Assembly (NCBI GenBank): GCA_050115675.1 | Contig: JASFQB010000002.1 | Span: 4,376 to 68,375 of the forward strand | Reading direction: 5' to 3' | Source of the DNA: Candidatus Woesebacteria bacterium | GTDB lineage: Bacteria > Patescibacteriota > Saccharimonadia > Saccharimonadales > EFPC-124 | DNA: 64,000 nucleotides | Part shown: positions 1-9,731 of the stretch, piece by piece | Layout: the number at the start of each line of letters is the position of its first letter | How positions within the stretch are numbered: the stretch's first letter is position 1 | The notes under the pieces: generated by a model | The model's database searches: none | Told to the model about the DNA's origin: nothing | What the model saw: only the letters and a program-made list of their open reading frames with translations | Translations under genes and position numbers: made by a program

Positions 1-2
1 AA

Positions 3-239
3 AAACTTGTTCAGGTTTTAGAGGATCGTGACTGGCACAAAAATTTGCCATTTCCACGAAAGCCAAGTGTTCAGTTAATTGATCCATCTCAGGCTATAGG
101 AATTACCGACAAAACCGGGCACGTAACCGACCATACCTTTATTACTGCTATGGGCTTGCTGCGGGTAGGCTATGATACTATAGTGGGAAGTCAAGACACA
201 TCAATAAAAGACAAATTTAACAGAATCTTAAGCAACTAG
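3..239 (+). CDS. 3' end of a gene that starts upstream of the window (unknown product)
   Basis: The frame of ORF 45..239 stays open back to base 3 with no stop. The stop lies 1 nt before the next gene. Confidence 0.4.
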   Translation, partial: KLVQVLEDRDWHKNLPFPRKPSVQLIDPSQAIGITDKTGHVTDHTFITAMGLLRVGYDTIVGSQDTSIKDKFNRILSN

Positions 240-240
240 T

Positions 241-1893
241 ATGAAAAAAGACGTTATCTATATAGACATCGAAGATGACATAACTGCAATTATAGGCAAG
301 GTCAAATCTTCTGCCGAAAAAATCGTAGCACTTGTGCCACCAAAACGTGCCGGTGTTTTGCAGAGTGCCGTCAATATGAAGCTGTTGCAAAAGATTGCCA
401 CCGAAGAAAACAAGCGAATCGTGCTAATTACTAGTGACGCGCTTTTGACGTCATTGGCCTCTGTTGTTAAAATGCCTGTCGCAAAAAACCTTCAGTCACG
501 TCCAGAGGTTCCTGAAAAACTTAAGCCGCAAGACGAAGAAAGCGATGTTATAAATGGCTCTGAGCTGCCGGTCGGCGAAATAGCAGCTGCGGCAGGTGCA
601 GGTGCGGCGGTAGAAAAAAACAATCTTGAAGATTTAGACTTTGTTGATAAAAAAAGTGCAGACGGTCCTAGCTCTGGTAAAAAAGAAAAGCCAAGCAAAA
701 AAGGAAAAGGTCCATTTGGAAAAGTCAATGTTCCAAACTTTATGGCATTCAGAAAAAAGCTGTTTTTGCTTGGCGGCGGCGGTGTTTTGTTGATTGGATT
801 TTTGGTGTGGGCTTTAGTTTTGGCTCCATCTGCTACTGTAACTATTAGTGCAAAAACCACGGCTGTTGATATTGATCGCTCGTTGGCTTTAGTGCCAAGT
901 CTGGACTCAAGTAAAACTGGTGAGCTTGAACTAAAACCAAATGTTCAAGAAATTAAAAAAACCGCCTCTGTAGAATTTGACGCTACAGGTAAAAAAGATA
1001 CGGGAGACAAAGCCTCTGGCTCTATAACGCTGAGCAACGCAGACAGTAGTGACGCCATTGCGGTTCCAGCAGGAGCAGCCTTTACAGCGGCAAATGGTAA
1101 AAAATTTACAAGCGACGGTGCGGTTACGGTTCCTGGCGCAACAGTGTCGGGTGGGCAAATTAAGCAAGGGACAGCTACTGTAAGTGTTAAGGCTGCCGAG
1201 ATTGGTCCCGAATATAACATTGCAGCTCAGGCGTATACTGTTAGCGGTGTCAGTGGTCTTAGCGCTGGCGGCACTGCAATGGCTGGCGGTACAAAACAGC
1301 AGGTAACGGTTGTGTCGCAAGAAGACGTAGACAGCGCAAAATCAAAATTGTCTCAACAATCTTCAGACGAAGCCAAAGCTGAGATTACAGCAAAGTTTGG
1401 CAGCGACTATATCGTAATAGCCGAGAGCTTTTCTACTAATGTTGGCGATCCGATCGTAACCCCAGCCATTAATGAGCAAGCAACCAAAGCCAAACTGAGC
1501 ATAGAAACGACGTATAATCTTGTGGGTTTGGCAAGGTCTGACGTAAAAAATATACTTGACGATGCTTTAAACGATGCTCTAAGTGGCACGTCAAACCAAA
1601 GTGTGTTTAACGATGGAGAGAGCGACATAAGGTTTCAGAGCTACAAAAAACTTAGTAACGGCAATTATGTCGTAGATATGAAGACCACCGGTTATATTGG
1701 TGCCACGATTGACACGGCCGAACTTGCAAAACAGCTAACTGGTAAGCGCTATGGCGAAATTGAGCAAATTGTAAACAAACTTCCTGGCGTAACTAGTGTG
1801 GATATTAAGTTTAGTCCTTTCTGGGTGGCTTCTGCGCCAAGCGATCCTAATAAAATCTCTATTAAATTTTCTGTTGTAAATGAGTCAGACTAA
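241..1893 (+). CDS. hypothetical membrane-anchored protein (cytoplasmic N-domain, one TM helix, large Ala/Thr/Ser-rich exterior)
   Basis: 550-aa ORF with a hydrophobic helix LFLLGGGGVLLIGFLVWALVLAP around residue 180. Its 3' end overlaps the ruvX start. Confidence 0.7.
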   Translation: MKKDVIYIDIEDDITAIIGKVKSSAEKIVALVPPKRAGVLQSAVNMKLLQKIATEENKRIVLITSDALLTSLASVVKMPVAKNLQSRPEVPEKLKPQDEESDVINGSELPVGEIAAAAGAGAAVEKNNLEDLDFVDKKSADGPSSGKKEKPSKKGKGPFGKVNVPNFMAFRKKLFLLGGGGVLLIGFLVWALVLAPSATVTISAKTTAVDIDRSLALVPSLDSSKTGELELKPNVQEIKKTASVEFDATGKKDTGDKASGSITLSNADSSDAIAVPAGAAFTAANGKKFTSDGAVTVPGATVSGGQIKQGTATVSVKAAEIGPEYNIAAQAYTVSGVSGLSAGGTAMAGGTKQQVTVVSQEDVDSAKSKLSQQSSDEAKAEITAKFGSDYIVIAESFSTNVGDPIVTPAINEQATKAKLSIETTYNLVGLARSDVKNILDDALNDALSGTSNQSVFNDGESDIRFQSYKKLSNGNYVVDMKTTGYIGATIDTAELAKQLTGKRYGEIEQIVNKLPGVTSVDIKFSPFWVASAPSDPNKISIKFSVVNESD

Positions 1894-2290
1894 ACAAAAT
1901 GTACTGGCGTTGGATGTTGGTGAAAAGCGTATAGGCTTAGCGGTTGGCGACACCATTGGCAGACTAGCCTCACCCTTGTTGACGCTAATTGTTGATGGTA
2001 CTGAGATTGTTAGACTGCAGTCAATATTGCTAGACTACGATATAGATAAAATTGTAGTAGGCTTGCCGCGCAATCAATCTGGCGAGCAAACTGCTCAAAG
2101 CGAGCAAGTTAAGATGTTTGTAAAAAGAAAAATCGAGGCTTTTAGTTTGCCAGTGATATTTCAGGACGAGTCCGTAACATCGGTTTTGGCAGAGCGGCAC
2201 TTAGTAAAAAATAAAAAAACATTTAAAAAGGGTGATATTGATGCGCATGCCGCAGCGATAATCTTGCAAGATTACTTGGAGGGTCTATAA
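1880..2290 (+). CDS. ruvX: Holliday junction resolvase-like nuclease RuvX/YqgF
   Basis: N-terminus LALDVGEKRIGLAVGD and C-terminal DAHAAAIILQDYL are typical of the YqgF family. Size is 136 aa. Confidence 0.9.
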   Translation: MSQTKQNVLALDVGEKRIGLAVGDTIGRLASPLLTLIVDGTEIVRLQSILLDYDIDKIVVGLPRNQSGEQTAQSEQVKMFVKRKIEAFSLPVIFQDESVTSVLAERHLVKNKKTFKKGDIDAHAAAIILQDYLEGL

Positions 2291-3424
2291 ATGGCTGATA
2301 TAAAGTTTAAGCAATCTCAAGAAGATTCAAATAGTGCCGGTCAATCAGCTTCAAGATCTACTGGTCGGCCAAAAAAGCTTTTACCAGTTTCGGCCGAAAG
2401 CTTAAAAAAACACTTAAAATTAAAGTGGCTCATTGTTGCCTTTGTGATTGTCGCGATACTTGCTGTGTCAGGTGTTGGTGGATTCTTTTATTGGTATAAC
2501 GATGCGCTAAAGCCTGTCTCTACGCAGCAAAATCAAATTAAAATCACTGTAGAATCCGGAGAGACCGCCAAAACAATTGCTGCAGAGTTACAAGAAAAAG
2601 GTATTATAAAAAACGCCTGGGCTTTTGAACATTACGTTCAGCAGAGTGGAGTTCTAAATGATTTAATGGCAGGGACCTATCTTTTGTCGCCCAGCCAGTC
2701 TGTTCGAGATATCGTGCAATGGCTTGTAGAAGGAAAAGTAGACCAATTCAACCTAACAATTCTACCAGGTAAAACCCTAGAAGAAATCAAGCAAGCTTTA
2801 GTCGCAGACGGCTACTTGGCAAGCGAAGTTGACGCGGCATTTGTAAAAAACTACGACCACCCGCTTTTAAAAACAAAGCCAGCGGATGTAAATTTAGAGG
2901 GGTATGTCTACCCTGACACTTATCAAATTAGTTCTGATACGACCGTCGAGCAGTTGCTTACAATGGCATTTGACACGTTTTATGAGCAAATTCAAGATTT
3001 GGATCTAGAAAGCAAGCTTAGTGATCGGGGATTCGCCCTGCATCAAGGTATAACCCTGGCCTCGATAGTTGAGCAAGAGGCAAACTCTGTGCAAGACCGC
3101 AAACAGGTGGCACAGGTGTTTGAGTTAAGACTCGCTAACGGTATGGTGCTGGGGTCTGATGTCACATACATGTATGCCGCAGAAATTGAAGGAGTTGAGC
3201 CATATATTACAATTGCTTCACCTTACAACACTAGAATTAACGAAGGGCTGCCCCCTGGAGCAATTTCTAACTTTACAATAGACGCACTAGAGGCAGTCGC
3301 AGAGCCAGCTGACGGCGATTATCTATACTTTGTTGCAGGGGACGACGGTAACGTATATTTTGGCAGAACCGAACAAGATCATCAAAATAACATAGATAAT
3401 TATTGCACGATATTGTGTCAATAA
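2291..3424 (+). CDS. mltG: endolytic murein transglycosylase MltG (YceG-like)
   Basis: N-terminal TM helix and YceG motifs (LEGYVYPDTY, ASIVEQE, SPYNTRINEGLPPGAISN). Starts 1 nt after the ruvX stop. Confidence 0.9.
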   Translation: MADIKFKQSQEDSNSAGQSASRSTGRPKKLLPVSAESLKKHLKLKWLIVAFVIVAILAVSGVGGFFYWYNDALKPVSTQQNQIKITVESGETAKTIAAELQEKGIIKNAWAFEHYVQQSGVLNDLMAGTYLLSPSQSVRDIVQWLVEGKVDQFNLTILPGKTLEEIKQALVADGYLASEVDAAFVKNYDHPLLKTKPADVNLEGYVYPDTYQISSDTTVEQLLTMAFDTFYEQIQDLDLESKLSDRGFALHQGITLASIVEQEANSVQDRKQVAQVFELRLANGMVLGSDVTYMYAAEIEGVEPYITIASPYNTRINEGLPPGAISNFTIDALEAVAEPADGDYLYFVAGDDGNVYFGRTEQDHQNNIDNYCTILCQ

Positions 3425-3506
3425 CAGAGGTGACAAAACTCGTTGGCGTTGACACAAGCGTTTGCGCCAGATACAATATTGCTTACGCAGTAGGCGTTAA
3501 AATAGT

Positions 3507-4703
3507 ATGCAAAAACTAGATTATAGCAACACCAAGGAGCTGCATATTAGTGATCAAAATTCTGAGACAATTCCTCAGAAGCCTGTTTCTGTATCTTTGT
3601 CAGATGCAACCCGTGGAGCTGCCATAAAAAATGCTGCTCGTTTAAAGACACGGGCGAAAAAAGTTAAGCTTTCGATAATGGCATCACAAATATTAGTGGT
3701 GGCGATCGTTGTGGGTATTGTTGCTATTGGCTACAAAACCCCAGATGCTTCTGACACAGCCAATGTGGCTAGCCAGTCGATTATGGACCAACAGGTCACT
3801 AGTGTTGATCAAATTGCTGCTGCAAATGTTGCTACCTCTATTGCAGAAGCAGCAAACTTATCTGTTGAGACCAACGTATCAAACTTATCAATATCTTTAA
3901 ATACTAAAACGGAACTAGCTCAAACGGATAGTGCCTTGCTTGCAAAGCCTCAAATTATTAGTCAAGTTGGGCGAAACGAAATATTAACCTATACCGCCGT
4001 TGCTGGCGATACTGTGCAGGGCGTGGCGACTAAATATGGTATTTCTGAAGACACGGTTCGTTGGGCAAATAATTTAACCTCTGACTCAATCGAAGAAGGT
4101 AAACAGCTAAAAATATTAGGCGCGACAGGCGTTTTATATACGGCAAAATCTGGTGACACCGCAGAAAGCCTAGCAAGTAAATACAAGGCAGATAAAGATC
4201 GAATTATCACATTTAACGACCTAGAGCTTACCGGCGTTAAAGAAGGCAATGAGCTAATTATTCCGGACGGCGTTTTGCCAGAAAACGAGCGTCCGGGTTA
4301 CGTTGCGCCCGCAGCGACTACCACAACATCGTCTTATAGTTCAAGCTCTACTGTTGTTGCATCGGGCATTACTGTTTATGGTAACAACGGCTATGCCTAT
4401 GGTTACTGTACATGGTACGCGTACAACAGACGCGCGGAGCTTGGGCGTCCTATTGGCGGTAACTGGGGTAATGCTGCTACCTGGGCAATATACGCTGCTG
4501 CGGCAGGGTTTAGGGTAGATAAAAATCCAGAACCAGGCGCGGTCTTTCAGGTTGGTGGTGGATACGGTCACGTTGGCGTAGTTGAGGTAGTTAACGGTGA
4601 TGGCAGTATTGAAGTCTCAGAAATGAACTATGTAGGTTGGAACATTATCTCTAGGCGTACAATTCCTGCTTCGCAAATTACTTCTTATAACTACATACAC
4701 TAG
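3507..4703 (+). CDS. membrane-anchored peptidoglycan hydrolase, 2x LysM + C-terminal CHAP domain
   Basis: Two LysM-like repeats (YTAVAGDTVQGVATKYGISEDTVRWANNL; YTAKSGDTAESLASKYKADKDRIITFNDL). CHAP signature is present (CTWYAYNRR ... GHVGVVEVV). Confidence 0.85.
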   Translation: MQKLDYSNTKELHISDQNSETIPQKPVSVSLSDATRGAAIKNAARLKTRAKKVKLSIMASQILVVAIVVGIVAIGYKTPDASDTANVASQSIMDQQVTSVDQIAAANVATSIAEAANLSVETNVSNLSISLNTKTELAQTDSALLAKPQIISQVGRNEILTYTAVAGDTVQGVATKYGISEDTVRWANNLTSDSIEEGKQLKILGATGVLYTAKSGDTAESLASKYKADKDRIITFNDLELTGVKEGNELIIPDGVLPENERPGYVAPAATTTTSSYSSSSTVVASGITVYGNNGYAYGYCTWYAYNRRAELGRPIGGNWGNAATWAIYAAAAGFRVDKNPEPGAVFQVGGGYGHVGVVEVVNGDGSIEVSEMNYVGWNIISRRTIPASQITSYNYIH

Positions 4704-4721
4704 AGTTAAAACATTATTTAG

Positions 4722-6029
<1,308 letters not shown>

Positions 6030-6037
6030 TCACTTTA

Positions 6038-6066
6038 TTGTAAAATAACCTTCAAGATGTTATAAA
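6038..6066 (+). promoter_or_regulatory. sigma70-like promoter (TTGTAA - 17 nt - TATAAA)
   Basis: Hexamers at 6038-6043 and 6061-6066 lie upstream of the GGAGG ribosome-binding site of the 6102 ORF. Confidence 0.4.
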
Positions 6067-6101
6067 AGGGTGTACGCATTCTATCGAGGTGGAGGATACC
6101 A

Positions 6102-6482
6102 ATGACTAGGTACGAGTTTCGCTCGGATGGTCATAATGCAAAGAAAGGTCGACCTATTAAGGAAGAAGAATTGTTTACTAACAGTAGTTCTCCCCTTTAT
6201 TTGCTTTGGCAGCTTTTTGAGAATAGGGCGCAGCGCGTTATCGTCAGGGATGGATTGGGCTGGCGATATGTTTTTGAACAAACAGATGCTTTGGCAGCTC
6301 GTGCTAATTATGTAAATGGTTTGCATATTGTTGATAGGCCACGCACAATGGTTGCTGAGCGGATTGTACGAGTAACTCAGGTTTTGGTTGGCAGAACTTC
6401 AGGTAATCCTGGGTCCTTCTGTTTCGATATTGGACCGTGGCGCACAGGTGCCTTGCATGAATATAGTATTATGTGCGGTTAG
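6102..6482 (+). CDS. hypothetical protein
   Basis: 126-aa ORF with a strong RBS (gaGGTGGAGGatacca ATG), followed by a hairpin terminator. Confidence 0.6.
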   Translation: MTRYEFRSDGHNAKKGRPIKEEELFTNSSSPLYLLWQLFENRAQRVIVRDGLGWRYVFEQTDALAARANYVNGLHIVDRPRTMVAERIVRVTQVLVGRTSGNPGSFCFDIGPWRTGALHEYSIMCG

Positions 6483-6493
6483 GGCGCGTTGAT

Positions 6494-6527
6494 GGGCGCT
6501 GCAACAGAGTCTGCAGCGCCCTTTTTG
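6494..6527 (+). terminator. rho-independent terminator
   Basis: Stem gggcgctgca / tgcagcgccc followed by TTTTT. Confidence 0.65.
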
Positions 6528-6558
6528 CGTAACTGGATTAGAATGCTAAACTATAGAG

Positions 6559-7980
6559 GTGAAGTCAAAAACAACTTTCTTTTTTTACGATCTTGAAACA
6601 TCTGGAATTGATCCTCGCGCTCATCGCATAATGCAGTTTGCCGGTCAGCGTACAGATCTAGATTTGCAGCCAATTGGGGACCCAGTAAATATTTTGGTAA
6701 CTTTGACTGACGAGATATTGCCTGACCCAGGTGCAATTTTGGTTACAGGGATAACTCCGCAAAAAACACTCGAAGAAGGTTATAATGAGGCTGATTTTTT
6801 GCGCTTGCTTTATGACCAAGTTGTAACTCCTGGTACAATTATGACTGGTTTTAATAGCGTGCGTTTTGACGACGAATTCATGCGCTACGCCATGTACAGA
6901 AATTTTTACGACCCTTACGAATGGCAATGGCAAAATGGGCGCTCGCGCTGGGACTTGCTAGATGTTGTTAGGTTGACTCGAGCTTTGCGACCAGAGGGTA
7001 TTGAATGGCCGTTTGATGGTGACGGAAATCCAACAAATCGTTTAGAGCTTTTAACGGCAAAAAATCAGCTAAAGCACGAGGCCGCGCACGATGCCCTAAG
7101 CGATGTTTTTGCGCTGATATCCGTAGCTAAACTTATAAAGAAAAAGCAGCCAAAATTATTTGAGTATATGTTTAAAATGCGATCAAAGCAGGAGGTTTCA
7201 AACTTGGTGAGCTTGGATGATCCTCAGCCTTTTGTTTATGCTTCGGGTAGGTATTCTCGCGATTTTTTGCATACCACTGTAGCTTTGCCAATTGCAACCG
7301 GAGGCAAACCAGGATCATTGTTGGTTTATGACTTGCGACAAGATCCAGATTCATGGGCGGATAAAGCCGTGCAGGAGCTTAAAGACATTCGTTTTGCTCC
7401 ATTTGCCAAAAGGCGAGAGCCCGGATTTGTGGCTTTGCCAGTCAAAGAGCTGGCCTGTAATCGTTGCCCGGCGGTTTCGCCAATGGGTGTTGTTAATGAC
7501 GACGTGCAAAAAAGGTTAAAAATAGATTTGGGTGAGGTTCAAAAAAACTTGTCTAAATTACGTACCAGCGGAGTAGCAGAAAAAATGCGCGAAGTATTTA
7601 GCACCGACAATGATCGTTTTGCTAAAAGCAAAGATGTAGATGCGCAACTTTATGATGGCTTTGTGGGCGAGGGCGACAAAATTAAAATGGCAGCAATTAG
7701 GGCTGCAGATCACAATTCTATTGCGGATTTTAATCCTAATTTTTCTGATGAGCGCTTGATAAAATTGCTATTAAGATATAAAGCGCGTAATTATACGCAG
7801 AGCATGAGCGCTGACGAGCAAGCAGAATGGGAAGAATATCGTGCGTCTCGCATAAATAATGATTTGCCGAACTTTACCAAAGAATTGCAGCGTCTAAGCG
7901 CAAATGTAGATGATCGTCAGGCGTTTTTGCTGCAAGAACTTAAGCTTTGGGCCGAGAGCGTCGCGCCCGCTTTTGACTAG
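6559..7980 (+). CDS. sbcB: exodeoxyribonuclease I
   Basis: DEDDh exonuclease motifs (FFFYDLETSG, GFNSVRFDDEF, HDALSDV). Length and C-terminal SH3-like/helical region match ExoI. Confidence 0.88.
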   Translation: MKSKTTFFFYDLETSGIDPRAHRIMQFAGQRTDLDLQPIGDPVNILVTLTDEILPDPGAILVTGITPQKTLEEGYNEADFLRLLYDQVVTPGTIMTGFNSVRFDDEFMRYAMYRNFYDPYEWQWQNGRSRWDLLDVVRLTRALRPEGIEWPFDGDGNPTNRLELLTAKNQLKHEAAHDALSDVFALISVAKLIKKKQPKLFEYMFKMRSKQEVSNLVSLDDPQPFVYASGRYSRDFLHTTVALPIATGGKPGSLLVYDLRQDPDSWADKAVQELKDIRFAPFAKRREPGFVALPVKELACNRCPAVSPMGVVNDDVQKRLKIDLGEVQKNLSKLRTSGVAEKMREVFSTDNDRFAKSKDVDAQLYDGFVGEGDKIKMAAIRAADHNSIADFNPNFSDERLIKLLLRYKARNYTQSMSADEQAEWEEYRASRINNDLPNFTKELQRLSANVDDRQAFLLQELKLWAESVAPAFD

Positions 7981-8260
7981 CGGTCTTTTTTGTTGTTGGT
8001 GCGCGTTTTTTAGTGTTGCTTTTGCTTGGTGTATTTTTTAGATCTTTAATTTGTGTTACAAGTTGTCGTTTTTTTATCCAGTATGCTACAACCAGTAGCA
8101 TTAAAGACAAAAATATCATCATTGCAATTGGCGGCAGTAAAATGTTTGTGCCCGGTATAGCTCCGGCAATCATAAAAAGTAATATAAGGTTAAAGATGTC
8201 GGTAATTTTTATTAACCACAGTATAAAAATGCCAACAGATATCCAAAATACGTATTTCAT
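7940..8260 (-). CDS. small membrane protein with a basic C-terminal tail
   Basis: 106-aa ORF with three hydrophobic helices and a Lys/Arg-rich tail. It is convergent with sbcB and overlaps its 3' end. Confidence 0.5.
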   Translation of the reverse strand: MKYVFWISVGIFILWLIKITDIFNLILLFMIAGAIPGTNILLPPIAMMIFLSLMLLVVAYWIKKRQLVTQIKDLKNTPSKSNTKKRAPTTKKTASQKRARRSRPKA

Positions 8261-8270
8261 AAGTGTAAGA

Positions 8271-8522
8271 TCATTTAGTTAGATGTTTTTTTGCAGCTTC
8301 GGCGGCTTGCTTAAATTTATCTATTAGTTTTATCTTTAATTTGTTGGCTGTAGCAAATTCGGTAGCCAAAATTGCAAGACCTAAAAATATTGTTGCCCAA
8401 CCTGGACCGGGCAAAGCAAGCATGACTATGCCAGCAATTATAATAGCACCGCCAATTAGGGTGATTATAGGCTTGCGTACGGTAGCTGGTGTTTTTTGCC
8501 AACGCTTTTTTAGGGTTTTCAT
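8271..8522 (-). CDS. PGPGW-domain small membrane protein
   Basis: Contains the LPGPGWATIFLGLAILATEF motif characteristic of the PGPGW transmembrane family. Confidence 0.7.
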   Translation of the reverse strand: MKTLKKRWQKTPATVRKPIITLIGGAIIIAGIVMLALPGPGWATIFLGLAILATEFATANKLKIKLIDKFKQAAEAAKKHLTK

Positions 8523-8546
8523 ATTTGCATTATATCACTTTTATGT

Positions 8547-9113
8547 TTAAGGTCTAAACCAAAGCCAAATACGTTCTATTATAGAAAAAATAAAATCCAA
8601 CACTCTAATACACGCCTTAAAGGTTAGATGGGCAAATTTTATCAAGTTGGGTTTTGTTTTTTGCCAGGATTTTTTAACTTTTGGAACAATATTTTGCGTA
8701 AAACTGCGCGTAATTGTAAAGAGCGCGATTATTTTAGCTAAAAAGCTTACATAATATTTTTTAAGATTTACAAACTGTTTTGGTTGTTTTTGTTTAGATT
8801 TTTTGGTCTTTGGCACGGGATTGGCAGTGTTGGGTGCTTCTTTTTTTGGCTCGGTCTTTTGTTGAGGCGTTTTTGACAGATATCGCTTGGCCAATCCACA
8901 CCAATAGCCACTTGTGTATCCAAGAATATAGCCCACTAATAGTAGCAACATCGCATGTAGACCTAGCAAAATTACTGGATCAAGCGTGTCTCCCTCGGTC
9001 GTTATACCAAATATCAAAAAATATGCCGCGTTCGATAACGCGCCAGTAGCTACGCCAATCCATAAAGCTAGGCAGGCGGCAATAATAAAAATAACCAAAT
9101 ATCGCACCCGCAT
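8547..9113 (-). CDS. hypothetical membrane protein
   Basis: 188-aa ORF with hydrophobic N-terminal helices and a Lys-rich middle region. Confidence 0.5.
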   Translation of the reverse strand: MRVRYLVIFIIAACLALWIGVATGALSNAAYFLIFGITTEGDTLDPVILLGLHAMLLLLVGYILGYTSGYWCGLAKRYLSKTPQQKTEPKKEAPNTANPVPKTKKSKQKQPKQFVNLKKYYVSFLAKIIALFTITRSFTQNIVPKVKKSWQKTKPNLIKFAHLTFKACIRVLDFIFSIIERIWLWFRP

Positions 9114-9136
9114 GTAATAAGTTTAAAGTAATAGGA

Positions 9137-9166
9137 GCCAGGTCGCAATAACAACCGCGACCTGGC
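9137..9166 (-). terminator. hairpin terminator downstream of the 9172..9582 gene
   Basis: Stem gccaggtcgc / gcgacctggc. Confidence 0.55.
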
Positions 9167-9171
9167 GTGGT

Positions 9172-9582
9172 CTAGTTTAGCGTTTTCCACATCATGTCTA
9201 CTTCAGTCTCAGGCCCGTGCAGAATGAATTCTGTAGTCAAGAAATAGTATTCTGTGGGCCACTGTGCCTCGGTGAAAGGAAGCAGCATAATTGCCGCTAC
9301 GTGTCTTAGAGTCACTCGGAGCTTGTCGTCGGTAGTGTTGGGGTCGTTTGGAATGAGGACGATTGCATAGACACCCTCATCTTGGTGGTCGTATGCACAG
9401 TATTTGACCTCAAAGCTTCCTACCTCTGTGCTCTCGCCGTCAACATCTTTGTGAACGTCAGCCATAACCTCTTGCTCTTCGTCAGTCAAAGGTCGTGGCA
9501 GAAGCATCAAAACCATTTTGTTGCTTTTTTCCGTATTGGTGGCAAAATAAATCATACCATCGTGCAAACGGGCGGCGGACAT
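9172..9582 (-). CDS. hypothetical protein
   Basis: 136-aa ORF with a GGAGG ribosome-binding site upstream of the ATG and a terminator downstream. Confidence 0.6.
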   Translation of the reverse strand: MSAARLHDGMIYFATNTEKSNKMVLMLLPRPLTDEEQEVMADVHKDVDGESTEVGSFEVKYCAYDHQDEGVYAIVLIPNDPNTTDDKLRVTLRHVAAIMLLPFTEAQWPTEYYFLTTEFILHGPETEVDMMWKTLN

Positions 9583-9731
9583 TCTTCCTCCAGTGGTGTA
9601 GATTGATAGAAAAACTGCCGTAAACTAGTATACAACATTGCGCCATAAAGTAAAATTAAATATTAATTGTAGTATCTTTTTAGGTTAAATTACTCGCAAA
9701 AAGCTTAAAAAAGATGTATAATAGACGGGTT

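Noticed and set aside
6081-6326. 81-aa minus-strand ORF and 6127..6315 plus-strand ORF overlapping the 6102..6482 ORF
   Set aside because: The 6102 frame has a strong GGAGG ribosome-binding site and a terminator. The alternatives have neither.
9714-9731. Longer uvrA start (MYNRRV...) given by the ORF track
   Set aside because: The ATG at 9714 overlaps the TATAAT box, and the conserved UvrA N-terminus begins at [15 protein letters not shown] (9732).
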